A stretch of DNA of 64,000 nucleotides, taken from positions 10,026 to 74,025 of the forward strand of contig CAWKMI010000004.1 in assembly GCA_963850655.1 (NCBI GenBank). The letters are read 5' to 3'. Positions within the stretch are counted from its first letter, which is position 1, and each line of letters begins with the position of its first letter. Below are positions 44,711 to 57,260 of the stretch, in pieces. Both the position numbers and the translations under genes were made by a program. A model generated the notes under the pieces. That model did not search any database and was not told the origin of the DNA. It saw only the letters and a list, made by a program, of their open reading frames with translations. Source of the stretch: an uncultured Gemmatimonadales bacterium. Lineage in GTDB: Bacteria; Gemmatimonadota; Gemmatimonadetes; Gemmatimonadales; GWC2-71-9.

Positions 44711-45015
44711 TTGGCTGATCAACCGAGCAATTCACCGCTGCAGAAGCGGGTCGTCAATGAACTGGTGCGGCTCGACGCCGAGCTGGCCGCCGGAGCGCCG
44801 AGGCAACTGCCGGGGGCGGCTTGGTGCGTGTCCGGGTGGACGGCCACCAGATGCTTCGCGAACTGGTCATCGATCCCGACGTGTTCGAGGGTCGTGATCC
44901 CGACCTGCTGGCGGACCTGATCATGTCGGCGATCGCCGAGGCGCAACGACGGGTGGCTGCGAGCGCCGACGAATTGCCGGCCAGCGTGCGCAATCTGGAC
45001 GCAGCGGACGGGTGA
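44711..45015 (+). CDS. ybaB: YbaB/EbfC nucleoid-associated protein (frameshifted)
   Basis: GGGLVRVRVDG..IDP..DLLADLIMSAI, located between dnaX and recR. Confidence 0.8.
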
Positions 45016-45019
45016 AGGT

Positions 45020-45611
45020 GTGAGCGCCCTGGAGACGCTCATCAGCGAGTTGGCACGGTTGCCCGGCGTGGGGCGGAAGACTGCCCAGCGTCTGGCGTAT
45101 CATCTGCTTCAGCAACCGCGTGAACGGATGTCGGCCCTGGCCGAAGCGCTGGTCGCGGTCGGCGAACGGGTGCATCCCTGTGCCGAGTGCGGCCAGCCGA
45201 CCGAGGAGACCGTCTGCGATATCTGCCGCGACCCGCGGCGCGACGCGTCGCTGCTCTGTGTGGTGGAGGAGCCGTCGGGGATGGCGGTGCTGGAACGATC
45301 CGGCGCGTTTCGCGGACGATATGTCGTTCTCGGCGGCCGGCTTTCCCCGCTCGACGGGATCGGCCCGGAAGCGCTGCGGATCGGGCTGCTGGAGCGCCGG
45401 CTTGATCAGGGTGGGGTGCGCGAGGTGATCCTGGCGACCAACTCCTCGCTTGAAGGCGAGGCGACCGCGACCTACCTGCAGCACTTGCTGGCCGGGCGTG
45501 GCCGGAGTGAAGGTTTCGCGCCTGGCCCGCGGCTTGCCGGTAGGTGGGGAGCTGGAATACGTAGATGGGGTGACCGTGACCCATGCACTGACCGCGCGCG
45601 AGGAACTGTGA
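45020..45611 (+). CDS. recR: Recombination mediator RecR (frameshift near 45505)
   Basis: [14 protein letters not shown]4 zinc finger, [30 protein letters not shown]. Confidence 0.95.
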
Positions 45612-45891
45612 GTACTCGTCGCTCGTCGACCACCACGCTGTTCGTCGGGGCCGCTACCTTGGGCGTCGTCGGGGGCTGGCTGCTGGCCAGGCGATGGGAC
45701 GCGTCGCATCGGCGCGAGCTCTTCTCGCCCAGGCCGCACCGGCGCCTCGCGGCGCTGGGGTGGCTCGAGGGTCGGAATGCGACCCGGCCACCCTCCCGCT
45801 GGTGCAGGACTACCTCGCCTGGGAGCCGAAGCCGGCGTTGCGCTCCCGCGGCCGTCGCCTCGCGAGCGCGCTCGAGGCCGCTACCTCGTGA
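45608..45891 (+). CDS. Small membrane-anchored hypothetical protein (frameshifted)
   Basis: GTGA overlaps at both ends. N-terminal TM, then [18 protein letters not shown]. Confidence 0.65.
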
Positions 45892-46388
45892 CCGCGCCGC
45901 GGGCGGCGTCATGGGCCTTTCACGAGGAGGACTCGGACCGGATTCACGGGGTCCTGCTGCGAGTTCCTCCGCGAATCGTCATCGCGGACGGCGCTGCTGG
46001 TCGATCGGGCCGGCCAGATGCTGGTTACCGTCGGCGAGCCGCCGACGTTCGATCCGACGGCGTTCGCGTCGCTGACGGCGGCGGATTTTTCAGCGCCAAC
46101 GACCAGCTCGCCCGTCTGCTCGGCGAGTCGGAGTTCGGAACGCTGTTCCATCAAGGGGAACGGGAGTCGCTCTATCTCGCGGATATTGCGCGGCGGGTGA
46201 TCCTCGTGGTGCTCTTCGACAACCGGACCACGCTCGGTCTCGTCAAGCTGCGGCTCCGTGCCACGGTCGGCGACCTCAGCTCGATCTTCACGGCGATGTT
46301 CGCGCGCGACACCGGCACCAGCGGCCACGTCGATGCGGAGTTCGTGGGCGAGGCGGAAGACGAGATGGACAAACTGTTCGGCAGCTAG
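45888..46388 (+). CDS. mglB: MglB roadblock/LC7 GTPase-activating protein (frameshifted)
   Basis: LLVDRAGQ, FASLTAADF, LARLLGESEFGTLFHQGE, FDNRTTLGLVKLR. Confidence 0.9.
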   Translation: MTAPRAASWAFHEEDSDRIHGVLLRVPPRIVIADGAAGRSGRPDAGYRRRAADVRSDGVRVADGGGFFSANDQLARLLGESEFGTLFHQGERESLYLADIARRVILVVLFDNRTTLGLVKLRLRATVGDLSSIFTAMFARDTGTSGHVDAEFVGEAEDEMDKLFGS

Positions 46389-46400
46389 CGAGGACGGCGG

Positions 46401-47076
46401 ATGTCCCTGATCAACTACGCATCACGCGAAATCAACTGCAAGCTGGTCTACTACGGCCCGGGCCTGGGCGGCAAGACCACGAACCTCGAGTACGTCTACG
46501 AGAAGGTGGCGCCTTCCTCGAAGGGCAAGATGATCTCGCTCGCCACCGAGACGGAGCGCACGCTCTTCTTCGACTTCCTCCCGGTCGACCTCGGGACCAT
46601 CCGCGGCTTTCGCACCCGGTTCCATCTCTACACGGTGCCGGGGCAGGTGTACTACAACGCCTCGCGGAAGTTGATCCTGAAGGGCGTCGACGGCGTGGTG
46701 TTCGTCGCGGATCAGCAGATCGAGCGGATGGAAGCCAACCTCGAGGCGATGCAGAACCTGTACGACAACATGACCCAGCACGGCTACGACCTGACGCAGC
46801 TCCCCTTCGTCATCCAGTACAACAAGCGCGACCTCCCGAACGCCGCGCCGATGGCCGAACTCCATGCCGCCCTCAACCCGGGCTGGCCGATCGACGATCC
46901 GGACAAGAAGAAGCTCACCCCCGATCCCTACCGGCCGGGCGAGTACCTCGTCAAGGAGATCGATGGCATCTGGGTCGAGCGCGTGCCGAACTTCGAGGCG
47001 GTGGCGCGTGCGCGGCGAGGGGGTGTTCGACACCCTCAAGGCCGTGAGCAAGATGGTGCTCAAGACGCTCGGATGA
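46401..47076 (+). CDS. mglA: MglA small GTPase with ~33-aa insertion (frameshift near 47005)
   Basis: [52 protein letters not shown]. Confidence 0.95.
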
Positions 47077-47729
47077 AGCCGCCGACGGTCTGGACCCTGC
47101 CCAACATCCTGACGGTCGCCCGGATCGCCATCACGCCCGTCATCGCCCTGCTGCCGTTCATCGAGGGCTACTGGCCCAAGCTCGCCTGCTTTTGTCATTT
47201 TCGTTGCGGCGGCCGTGACCGACGTGTTCGACGGGCACCTGGCCCGGCGCACCAACCAGGTCACCGACCTCGGCAAGCTGCTCGATCCCATCGCCGACAA
47301 GCTCCTGCTCCTCGCGACCCTGGTCCCGATCTACTGGATCTCGCAGCAACGGCACGATCTCTACGACATCCCGATCTGGGGCAGCATTCCCCTCTGGTTC
47401 TGCCTGCTCCTGCTCGGGCGCGAACTCGCCATGACGGTGCTGCCGCTGGTGGGCGCAGCAGCGCGGCGTGGTCATCCCGGCGGGCCAGTGCCGGGAAGCT
47501 CAAGACGGTGCTGCAGAACGTCTTCATCGGCGGGGTGCTGACCTGGTTCGCCTTCCGCGACGCGGTGCACCCGCTCGGCTGGGAGCACTCGCGCTTCGCC
47601 AGCTACTGGCACCAGTTTCACGGCGGTTTCGTGGCCGCCACGCTCGGTCATCGCCATGACGCTCACGGTCTACTCCTTCGTGGTCTACCTGGTGCAGTAC
47701 CGCCGACTCTTCCGGTAGCCGGCGCGTGA
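47073..47729 (+). CDS. pgsA: CDP-alcohol phosphatidyltransferase (PgsA-like), frameshifted
   Basis: [35 protein letters not shown]. Confidence 0.85.
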   Translation: MKPPTVWTLPNILTVARIAITPVIALLPFIEGYWPKLACFCHFRCGGRDRRVRRAPGPAHQPGHRPRQAARSHRRQAPAPRDPGPDLLDLAATARSLRHPDLGQHSPLVLPAPARARTRHDGAAAGGRSSAAWSSRRASAGKLKTVLQNVFIGGVLTWFAFRDAVHPLGWEHSRFASYWHQFHGGFVAATLGHRHDAHGLLLRGLPGAVPPTLPVAGA

Positions 47730-49008
47730 CATCTTCGCCGCGCGCCACGACGGATCTCGAACTGGTCACCATCGGGACCGAACTGCTGCTCGGCTTCACC
47801 GTCGATACCAACTCCGCCTACATCGGCCGATTTCTCGCCGACCGCGGCATCCGCATCACCCGCCGGACGTCGGTGAGCGATGACCCTGCGGCAATCCGCG
47901 ATGCGGTCAGCGCGGCCCTCGCCCGGACCGGTGCGTGCTCACGACCGGCGGGCTCGGCCCGACCCGGGACGATATCTCGCGAGAAGGTCGTGGCCGAGTT
48001 GCTCCAGATGCCGCTTGGGTTCGACGAGTCGGTCTGGGCTGGCGCTCGTGGATCGTTTTGCGCGACTCGGCCGCGTCCCGGTCGAGTCCAACCGCAGCCA
48101 GGCGATGGTGCCGCAGGGCGGGACGGTCCTGCCCAACCGATGGGGCACGCGCCCCGGGCCTCTGGCTTGCGGCTCGCCGCGAGGATTGGTCATCATGCTC
48201 CCCGGGGTGCCGGTCGAGATGCGCAAGCTGCTCGAGCACGAGGTGGCGCCTCGGCTGGCTGATCGTGCCGACCGGTCGCGTGATCCGTTCGCGCGACGTT
48301 ACGAACCACCGGCGTGCCGGAGTCGACGCTCGCCGAACGGATCGGGGCGGTCGAAGACGAGCTGGCACCGCTCGGGCTGGCCTATCTCCCCGGGCTGTCG
48401 ACGGCGTCGACCTCCGCCTGACGGCGTGGCGGCTTCTGCCCGACGAGGCCGACGCTCGGCTCCGTGGCGGGCTCGACCGGCTCCGCACGGCGTCGCGGGG
48501 CCAGCCGTCTACGGCGAGGGCGAGGCCGATCTCGCCGCCGTGGTGCTCGACGCTGCTGCGCGGCCGGGGACTTCATGCTCGCGCTGGCCGAGTCGTGCAC
48601 CGGAGGCCTGGTGGCGGGGCGCCTGACCGCGATCCCCGGCATCCTCTGAGGTGTTCCTTGGGGGCATCGTGGCCTACGCCGATCAGGCCAAGATCGACCT
48701 GCTGGGCGTGCCGCCGAACGTGGTTGCCAGGCCACGGGGCGGTCTCCGCGGAGACCGGCCGAGGCGATGGCCCGGGGCGCCAAGGAGCGCTTCGGCGCCG
48801 ACCTGGCCGTCGCGGTCACCGGGATCGCCGGACCGGGCGGCGGCACCCCGGAAAAGCCGGTCGGGACGGTCTGGTTTGGGTTCGCGGATCGGGGGATGGC
48901 GGTGGACTCCCTGAAGCGGGCTGTTCACGGGCAGTCGGAGCGAAATCAGGGCGCCGAGCGGCGCAGGCCGCGCTGATGGGGGCGTATCCGGACGGATTTC
49001 GGTGTAAC
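47726..49008 (+). CDS. cinA: CinA competence/damage-inducible protein (MocF + PncC domains), frameshifted
   Basis: [56 protein letters not shown]. Confidence 0.9.
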
Positions 49009-49092
49009 CTGCCATCGTCGGCTGGCATTGCGCGGGGGCACATGCCTTGCGTTCCTTTCATGCTTCCTTGGCTTCCGGAGCACGATGCGCCA

Positions 49093-49700
49093 ATGACGAA
49101 GTCGCACAAGTCGACCACAACCACCCGGACGCCAAGCCAGTCGAGCTGGATCGAGGTGCCGCGGAGCAGGAGCGGAGATCTACCGATCGGCGAGCCGGAG
49201 GCGGCCTCGGACGAGTGGCACCCAGCGAAGCCGTTCCGAATTGCTGAGGTCGCGGGCAGCCATCGCGGCCCTGCGAAGACCGCTACCTGAGGCTGGCCGC
49301 GGAGTACGAGAACTTTCGCAAGCGGACTCATCGGGAGAAGCTGGAGTCGTTCGATCGCGGCGCGACATCGCTGGTGCTCACGTCTGCTCGACGTGCTCGA
49401 CGATCTCGATCGTCTCGCCGCCAGCGACGCCGCCACATCCCCCGGGACATTTCGTGCTGCATTCGAACTGACGCAGAAGAAGCTCCGCAAGGAACTCGAA
49501 GTCGGCCGGCCTGGAGCGGCTCGACCCGGTGGGTGAAGTGTTCGATCCCGAGGAGCAGGAGGCCGTGGCGGTTGCGGCCGCTCGAGTCGCCCGAACAGGA
49601 CCACACCGTGAAGGCGACGTTCCAGACCGGGTACCGATTCAAGGGAATCGTGGTGCGGCCGGCCCGGGTGCAGGTCTACACCGATCCGGATCGCGCCTGA
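49093..49700 (+). CDS. grpE: Nucleotide exchange factor GrpE (frameshifted)
   Basis: RLAAEYENFRKR, LDDLDR, GEVFDPEEQEAV, FQTGY..VVRPARV. Confidence 0.85.
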
Positions 49701-50809
49701 GTGGCGAACCAGGATTTCTACCCGGTGCTCGGCGTGCCGGATTCCGCGACGCCCGCTGAGATCAAGAAGGCGTACCGAAAGCTTGCCAAGCAGTACCATC
49801 CGGACGCCAATCCCAACAATCCGCAGGCCTCGGAGAAGTTCAAGCAGATCTCCGAGGCCCACTCGGTCCTGTCCGACCCGGCGAAGAAGGAGAAGTACGA
49901 CCAGATGCGACGCCTGGGGGCGTTCACTGGGAGCCGCGGCAGCTCGCCGCGCGGGGGCCCGGGGCGTGGCGCTGCGGGTTCGTCACCGATGGACGAAGGG
50001 CTCGACCTCGGCGACCTGAGCTCGTTCGGTCTCGGCGACATCTTCTCGTCGATCTTCGGGCGCGGTCGCCAGAGCGGGCAGGCCCCGCCACCCGAGCATG
50101 TCGAAGTCACCGTCAGCGTGCCGTTTCGGTCGGCCGCGATTGGCGGCAAGGTCCCCGTCGGTTTCGCGATGACCGACGCGTGCGCGACCTGCGGCGGCAG
50201 CGGCGCCGCGCCCGGCGCCACGCATGTCGACCTGTGCGCGAGTGCGGTGGCCGGGGCACGATCTCTTTCGGTCAGGGCGGGTTTGCCGTCAATCGTCCCT
50301 GCCCGGCGTGTCGGGGCCGTGGCAAGGTGCCCTCAGAACGCTGCCCGACCTGCCATGGCAGCGGCGAACAGCGCACCGAGAAGCAATTGCTCGTGACGGT
50401 GCCGCCCGCCACCGAGACGGGGACTCGCGTTCGCCTCAAGGGTCAGGGACCGCGCACCAAGGCGGGCGGTCCGGCGAGCGACATCCTGGTGACCTTCCAG
50501 GTGGAAACGGATCGCTTCTTCGCCCGAGAAGGGCTCGACATCCGCTGTGAGATTCCGATCGACCTCTCCCAGGCGATGCTCGGCGCCACCATCCAGGTCA
50601 ATACCATCGGCGGCGCCAAGGTGCGCTTGAGAATTCCGGCCGGCACGCAGCCGGGGCGCGCGTTCCGCATCAAGGCGCAGGGGCTGGAGAAGGGTGGCCA
50701 GCATGGCGACCAGGTTGTCACCGTGAACGTGCGGATTCCCGAAAAGCTCACGCCCGAACAGACCGAGGCGTTCAAGGAGTTCGCGGCAAAGGCCGGGTTG
50801 CGGCGGTAA
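49701..50809 (+). CDS. dnaJ: Chaperone DnaJ (frameshift near 50225)
   Basis: J domain with HPD, G/F-rich region, four CxxCxGxG motifs, C-terminal IPAGTQPG. Confidence 0.92.
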
Positions 50810-52927
50810 CCGGCCTACCCGGCAGCCCGTGCTCGGTCAGCACGCGTTGTGTTCCGCGCTCCGGCTCGCCAGGGGCGGGCTGCCGCTGGATGTAGCTGCC
50901 GTCGCTCTGCATGTCCCACGCCTGGCGGTTGTCATGAGCATCACATCCATCACCTGGCGGATCTCGGCGCGATGCCGCGGATTCTCGATCGGGATCGCCG
51001 CCTCGATCCGGCGATCCAGGTTGCGTGGCATCCAGTCGGCCGACGAGATGAAGACCTGCTCGTCGCCATCGTTGTGAAAGAGGAAGGCGCGCGAGTGCTC
51101 CAGGAAGCGGCCAAGCACCGAGATCACGCGGATGTTCTCGCTCACGCCGGGGAGGCCCGGGCGCAGGCAGCAGATGCCGCGCACGATCAGGTCGATCTGG
51201 ACGCCGGCCTGCGAGGCCTGGTACAGCGCCCGGATGACCTCGGGATCGACCAGCGCGTTCATCTTGGCGAGGATGCGGGCCGGCCGCCCCTCGCGGGCAT
51301 GGGCGGCTTCGCGTTCGATCAGCGCGAGGAGGTGGGGCTTCATCCATTGCGGCGCGACGAGCAGCTTCCGGTAGCCCGTCGGGTGACCCGAAGCCGGTGA
51401 GCACGTTGAACAGGTCGGTCAGGTCGGCGCCGAGGTCGGGGTCGGCGCTGATCAGGCCGAAGTCGGTGTAGTAGCGGGCCGTGCGCGCATTGTAGTTGCC
51501 GGTGCCGATGTGCACATAGCGGCGAATGGTGTCGCCCTCGCGGCGGACCACCAGCATCACCTTGGCGTGGGTCTTGAGCCCCGCCACGCCGTAGCTGACG
51601 TGCACGCCGGCATCCTCGAACCGCTTCGCCCAGATGATGTTGTTCTCCTCGTCGAAGCGCGCCTGCAGCTCGATCAGCACCGCCACCTGCTTGCCGCGCT
51701 CGGCGGCGTTCGCCAGCAGCCGGGCGATGTCGCCGCCGGTGCGGTAGAGGGTGATCTTGATGGCCAGCACGTCGGGATCCTCGGCGGCGACCGCAATCAA
51801 TCGCTCGACCGAGGTCTGGAACGAGTCGTAGGGATGATGCAGGAGGATGTCGTCCTCGCGGATGAGTCGAAAGAGGTTGCGCTCCTCGGCGAGCCGCTTC
51901 GGGTACCGGAGAAGGGCGGGTCGCGCAGGGCCGGGAGGTCGAGCGAGGCGAGCGACCAGGTCGGCGGCGTCGAGCAGGCCGGGCACCTCGTAGATGTCGT
52001 CCTCCAGCAGGGGCAGCCCTCGCCCGCGTCGGCCTCGTTGAACTCCTCGAGCAGCAGCTGGCGCAGCCACTTCGGCATGGACGTGTGGACCTCGAGCCGG
52101 ACCACTTCGCCGAACTTGCGGTTGCGGACTTCTTCCTGGATCAGCTCCAGCAGGTCGTCCGCCTCATCGTTCGGCCCGCGGCCGATCGAGATTGAGGTCG
52201 GTGTTGCGGGTGATCCGGAAGGGGTGCCAGCCGCAGGATCTCGATGCCGGGGAAGAGCGCCTCGAGCTGCGCGCCGATCAGGTACTCGAGCGGGAGGAAG
52301 TCGTTGGGCCGGAGGAGCGGAACCCAGCGCGGCAGCAGCTTGGGGACCTTCACCCGGGCGAACGCGTTCTCCCTGCCGCGTCCGGAGCGAAACAGCCAGC
52401 GAGAGGCAGAGGTTGGAGATGTAGGGAAAGGGATGCCCCGGATCGACCGCCAGCGGCGTCAGCACCGGGAAGACATTGGACTGGAAGTACCGCTCGAGAT
52501 GGGCGCGTTCGGCTCGTCGGGCAGATCGTCGAAGCGCTCGTGAATCACGATCCCTGCTCCGCCAGCGCGGGCAGGACATCGTCCACCAGGCAGCGCGAGT
52601 GCTGCTGCGACCAGCTCGCGGACCACTTCCGGAGTGGCCGGGAAGCTGCTGCGGCGGGGATGATCCGGTCGGCGGAGTGCTCCAGCGAGGCGGGCGGCCA
52701 CCTGTTCGCGAGGCCGGCGACGCGGACCTGGAAGAACTCATCGAGATTGCTCGCGAAGATGGCCAGAAACTTGACCCGCTCGAGCAGCGGCGTCCGCGGA
52801 TCGAGCGCCTCGTGCAGCACGCGGCGATTGAACTCGAGCCAGGCCAGTTCGCGATTGAGGTAGAGCGACGGGTCGCGCAGGTCGCGGTCGTGGCCTCGGT
52901 GTCGGTGACGGTGGGGGCGGCACTCAA
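50772..52927 (-). CDS. ppk1: Polyphosphate kinase 1 (multiple frameshifts, 3' end approximate)
   Basis: [70 protein letters not shown]. Confidence 0.93.
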
Positions 52928-53289
52928 TGACGTTGTGCGCCGGTCTTGTTGTCGAAAAGAGCGTGAGCATCAAGCTGCAGATACCGATCACCAGCCCGCC
53001 CCAGAAGGCGGCCACAGGCCGTCGACGCGAAGTGCAGCCCCAGCGACTCCGAAAGCCAGCCGTGACAAGGAGCATGATGCCGTTGATCACCAGGGTGAAG
53101 ACGCCAAGGGTCAGGATGATCAGCGGGCACGTCAGGAGGTGAGGATGGGCTTGAGGAAGGCGTTCACCGACCGTGAAGACCAGCGCCACGCCGAACATCG
53201 CGACGACGCCGCCGGTGAAGTGGATGCCGTCAGGAAGCCGGGTCGCCGCATAGATCGCGGCGGCGGTGATCGCCAGTCGCACCACGCAT
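52924..53289 (-). CDS. YvlD-like 4-TM membrane protein ('phage holin family'), frameshifted
   Basis: LTCPLIILTLGVFTLVING, AAFWGGLVI. Confidence 0.8.
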
Positions 53290-53294
53290 GCGGT

Positions 53295-54366
53295 TCACGC
53301 CGCATCCCGGATCACGCCGCCACCGAGCACCTGCTCGTCGGCCGTAGAGCACGCCCGACTGCCCCGGCGCGACCGCCCGCGCCGGTGTCGGGCAGGTCGA
53401 GATGGATCATCTCGATGATGCCGCGCCGACCCGCGCCGGGAGCGCCGCGGCGCGGTAGCGGAGCTGGATCGGCAGTGGTCGCCCACCGCCAGCGGCTCGG
53501 TCAGCCAGTTGCACTCCTCGAGCACACCGATGGCCGCATCAGGTCCTCGGCGTCGCCGACGACGACCTCGCGGCTCTCGGGGCGAATGCCGACCACAAAG
53601 AGCGGCAATGCCCGTCCGCCCGGGAGTCCCTTCCGCTGGCCGATGGTGTAGCGGGCGAACCCTCGTGCTGACCGATCACCTCGCCGCTGGTCGTGACCAT
53701 CGGACCCGGGCGTGAGCGGCGGGGCGTCGGCCGGCAGGTGCTGCTCGAGCACGCCGACGTAGTCGTCGTCGGGCACGAAGCAGATCTCGACGATCTCGGG
53801 CTTGTCGGCCGTGGCGAGGCCGAGCGCGCGGGCGCGCTCGCGGGTCTCGCTCTTGGTGAGATCGCCCACGGGCGTCAGCATCCGCGCCACCACCGCGCGG
53901 TCGATGCCCCAGAGGAAGTAGCTCTGGTCCTTGCTGCGGTCATCGCCGCGGTAGAGCCCGCCATTGCGCGCCACGGCGTAGTGGCCGGTGGCGATGGCGT
54001 CGCAGTCGAGCGCATCGGCGTGCGCCAGCAGGTCGCGGAACTTGGTGAACGAGTTGCAGCGGACGCAGGGAATCGGGGTGCGGCCCTGCGAGTACTCCGA
54101 CACGAAGTTCTCGATCACGCGCTCGCTGAAGCGGTCCTCGAGATTCAGGACGTAGTGCGGGATGCCGAGGCGGTGGGCGACGGCGCGCGCGTCGTTGATC
54201 GAGTCGAGCGAGCAGCAGGGGCGGTCGGGGACATCGTCGCCGTAGCAGAAGAGCTTCATCGTGGCGCCGACCACGTCATAGCCCTGCTCGACCAGCAGGG
54301 CCGCGGCGAGCGAGCTGTCGACGCCGCCGCACATCGCGACGAGCACCTTGCTCCCGCTTACGCACG
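53295..54366 (-). CDS. mnmA: tRNA 2-thiouridylase MnmA (frameshifted)
   Basis: [47 protein letters not shown]. Confidence 0.93.
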
Positions 54367-54380
54367 CCCAAGGGAACTGC

Positions 54381-55530
54381 TCAGCTCTCTGGCACCGCTC
54401 GACGATGCCGGGAAAGACCTCGACGACCTGATCGATGTCGGCGTCGGTCGTCTCGTGGCCGAGGCGAGAAGCGGACGGTGCCGAGGGCCAGCGCGCGGTC
54501 GATGCCCATGGCGACCAGGACGTGCGACGGCTCGACGGCGCCGGTGGAGCAGGCCGACCCGCCGGAGCAGGCCACCTCGGCCAGATCGAGGTGCATCAGC
54601 AGCGACTCCGCCTCGGCGCCGGGACCGAGATGGAGAGCACGTGTGGCGCGCGCGCGGTGTCGGCCGCGTTGATCACGATGTCGGGGACGGCGGCGGTGAG
54701 CCGCGCGGCGAGCGAGTCGCGCAGCGCAGCGATGCTGCGCGATGTGCGCATCGAGTTCCTGACGCGCCAGCGACGCCGCGCGACCGAACGCCACCGCGCC
54801 GGCGACGTTCTCGGTGCCGGGGCGGATGCCGAACTGCTGTCCGCCGCCGTGGATGATCGCCTCGATGATGTGACGGTCGCGCACGATCAGCGCGCCGATC
54901 CCCTTGGGCGCGCCGATCTTGTGGCCGCTGATGGTGAGCAGGGTGCAGCCGACGGCGTCGAGGTCGATCGCGATCTTGCCGAACGCCTGCACGCCGTCGG
55001 AATGTGAAGCGGCACTCCGGCGGCCTGACAGCGGCGACCGATCTCGGCCATCGGCTGGACCACGCCGATTTCGTTGTTGACCCACATGACCGAGACCAGG
55101 CCGGCTCGTCGGCGAGGGCGGCGTCGAGCGCGTCGAGGTCGACCAGGCCGTTCTGGTCGACCGGGAGGATGGTCTCCTCGCCACCGAGCGCCACCACGGC
55201 GTGCGCCGCCGCGAGCACGGCCTTGTGCTCGATGGCCGTGGCACCGATGTGCATCGGCTCGCCGCGGGCCCGGGCGGCCAGGGCGGCGCCGATGACGGCC
55301 AGGTTATCGGCCTCGGTGCCGCCGGAGGTGAAGATCACCTGGCTCGGGGCTGACGCCGAGGGCCTGGGCGACCTCGCGCTTGGCCTGCTCGAACCCGGCC
55401 CGGGCGGCGCGGCCGAACCGGTGGGCGTGGACGGGTTTCCCCAGGCGGTGCTCAGGAACGGGAGCATCGCCTCGAGGACCTCGGGGCGCACCGGGGTGGT
55501 CGCGGCGTGGTCGAGATAGACGGGTGGCAT
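54381..55530 (-). CDS. iscS: Cysteine desulfurase (IscS/NifS type), frameshifted
   Basis: [46 protein letters not shown]. Adjacent to mnmA. Confidence 0.9.
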
Positions 55531-55605
55531 GGTCGTAAATCTAGCCGTCGGGCCGACGGTTGCGGCGCGGAAGCGGGGCGCTCGTCCCGACCAGAATGGC
55601 GCGGC

Positions 55606-56125
55606 ATGCAAACCGAAAGGCGGAGGGGCGAAGAGCTCCAGGACCTCTACCTCCGCTACCAGGGGCTCCTCCGCCCCGTCCTCCGGGTCGGCCCGATCTT
55701 CGGGGGGATCGCCCTGATCTTCTGGCGGGTCCGGGAGACCCGGGTGCCGGTCACGCACCAAGGTCGATCCTCATCCCGCCGCTGGCGATGAGCACCGGCT
55801 TCTTCATGTTCTTCTCGCCGCTCACCCGGGTGCCCTGGAGCTGGGCGATCGTGTCGTTCCTGCTTCGGGGTACTGGTGCTCTCCTGGCCGATCTCCAGAC
55901 CTCGCGGCTCGAGTCGCGCGACGGCGTGGTCTACATGCAGCGCTCGCGGTGGTTCCTTGCGATCCTGCTCATGCTGCTGGCCATCCGACTCTGCTGCACG
56001 ACTACATCGGTCACCTGATCTCGCCGCTGCAGACGGCGGCGGTGTTCTACCTGCTGGCGTTCGGGATGATCGTCCGCTGGCGAGTGGGGATGTACCTGGA
56101 GTACCGGCGGATTACCGGTGCTGGG
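55606..56125 (+). CDS. CcdC/DUF1453 membrane protein (frameshifted, end approximate)
   Basis: WRVRET..PV, ILIPPLAMSTGFFMF, YMQRS, FYLLAFGMIVRWR. Confidence 0.75.
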
Positions 56126-56135
56126 AGGCGCATTT

Positions 56136-57260
56136 GTGCCCCGCGTTCGGCTCGATCTTCTTGCACTTTGGGGGCTGGCCTGCGTCACGGCATGCGATCA
56201 TTCCGTACCATTCACTACGGGAGGATACGGTGCCGAGGGTCCCTTCGCGGGTCCGCCGGAAATGTCCCAGCTCACGGTGGCTGGGGCCAGCGGCCCAGCC
56301 TGGACTCCTCGATGGCAAGGGGATCTTCTACGTCCAACCGGAACAGCTCACGATCCTTCCGGCAGCAGGTGGAAGCGCCGTATGGGAAGGCCTGGAACTC
56401 CGCGCAGCGGTCCGATCCGATTCTATTCCGCTCTTCGAGGCGGCCGCAGTCGACAGGAACGGCCGCGTCCTCGTGGCCGAGGCGGTGGCCCCAAAACCTC
56501 GCTTCGGAGTTCCGTTGCCATTTCCGCTCCACTACAAGGCCACCCTGTGGTTGTCCGATACAGCGTCTCATCTGAGCGATCCCCGCCGGGGATTATCGGT
56601 ATACCGCTCCATTCAGACTCCTCCGGCATTCCCGTGGTTCCTTCGAGTCGGATGAGCTCCTTGGCTGCACACAGCTCGAAATGGACGGTGGGCGACAGTC
56701 GTCATGGCGGTCGCGGAAGACCTGAAGCCAAGCGGCGAGTTGGCCTGCAAGCGGCATGTTTGCGGTCAGTGATTACCGCAGGGGCAACGCATTTCACGCA
56801 GCTCGCAGGGACCAGGTTCGCCACGATTCGGAATTACGGGAAGGTTCGGGGTGCATCAGCCATTTATTCGGGCAGGATGTCACATTTCGAGTAACGGTCT
56901 GGGACAGGAGGGGGATACGCCTCACGTCATGGTCGATCCTCCCGTTGGAGCGCATTCCGGGAAGAATGGATAGCTCCGAACTTTCGGGCGGGCAACGATC
57001 TCCGCATGTCATGCCTCACACTTGAGGGGCAGTCGAAAGGTCGGGATTTCCCTTCGCGATTGCACCAACTAGAAACATGGTCCTGGGTGAGACGGCACTG
57101 TGGGGTTGCGACGCCGGAGCTACCGGCAATGCAACATCCTTCCAACATGGGGCCGAGTCGGGGACGTTCAGTGTTCCGAGCGGCGTGTTCTTCTCTCTGG
57201 TGTCCCGGTAGACCCGTGGGGTTCTGACCGATGACGAGGCGCCCTGGCATCTCGTAGGGG
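56136..57260 (+). CDS. Lower-GC lipoprotein with TolB/PD40-like repeat (heavily frameshifted or pseudogene)
   Basis: RBS GGGAGG, lipobox VTAC, SGPAWTP|DGKGIFY. The downstream frame cannot be reconstructed. Confidence 0.45.

Noticed and set aside
48640-48660. Selenocysteine readthrough at a TGA in cinA
   Set aside because: The TGA comes from an indel (GSSEVF reads in the shifted frame) and is not at a catalytic Cys position.
49022-49049. CIRCE operator before grpE
   Set aside because: TGGCATTG-N9-ACATGCCT has too many mismatches to the consensus.
52924-53289. Prophage suggested by a holin-family gene
   Set aside because: YvlD-like proteins are common chromosomal genes. No phage structural, lysin or integrase genes nearby.
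54325-54340. MnmA variant with MCGGVDS instead of MSGGVDS
   Set aside because: Falls in an error-dense block, so a TCG/TGC base-order error is more likely.
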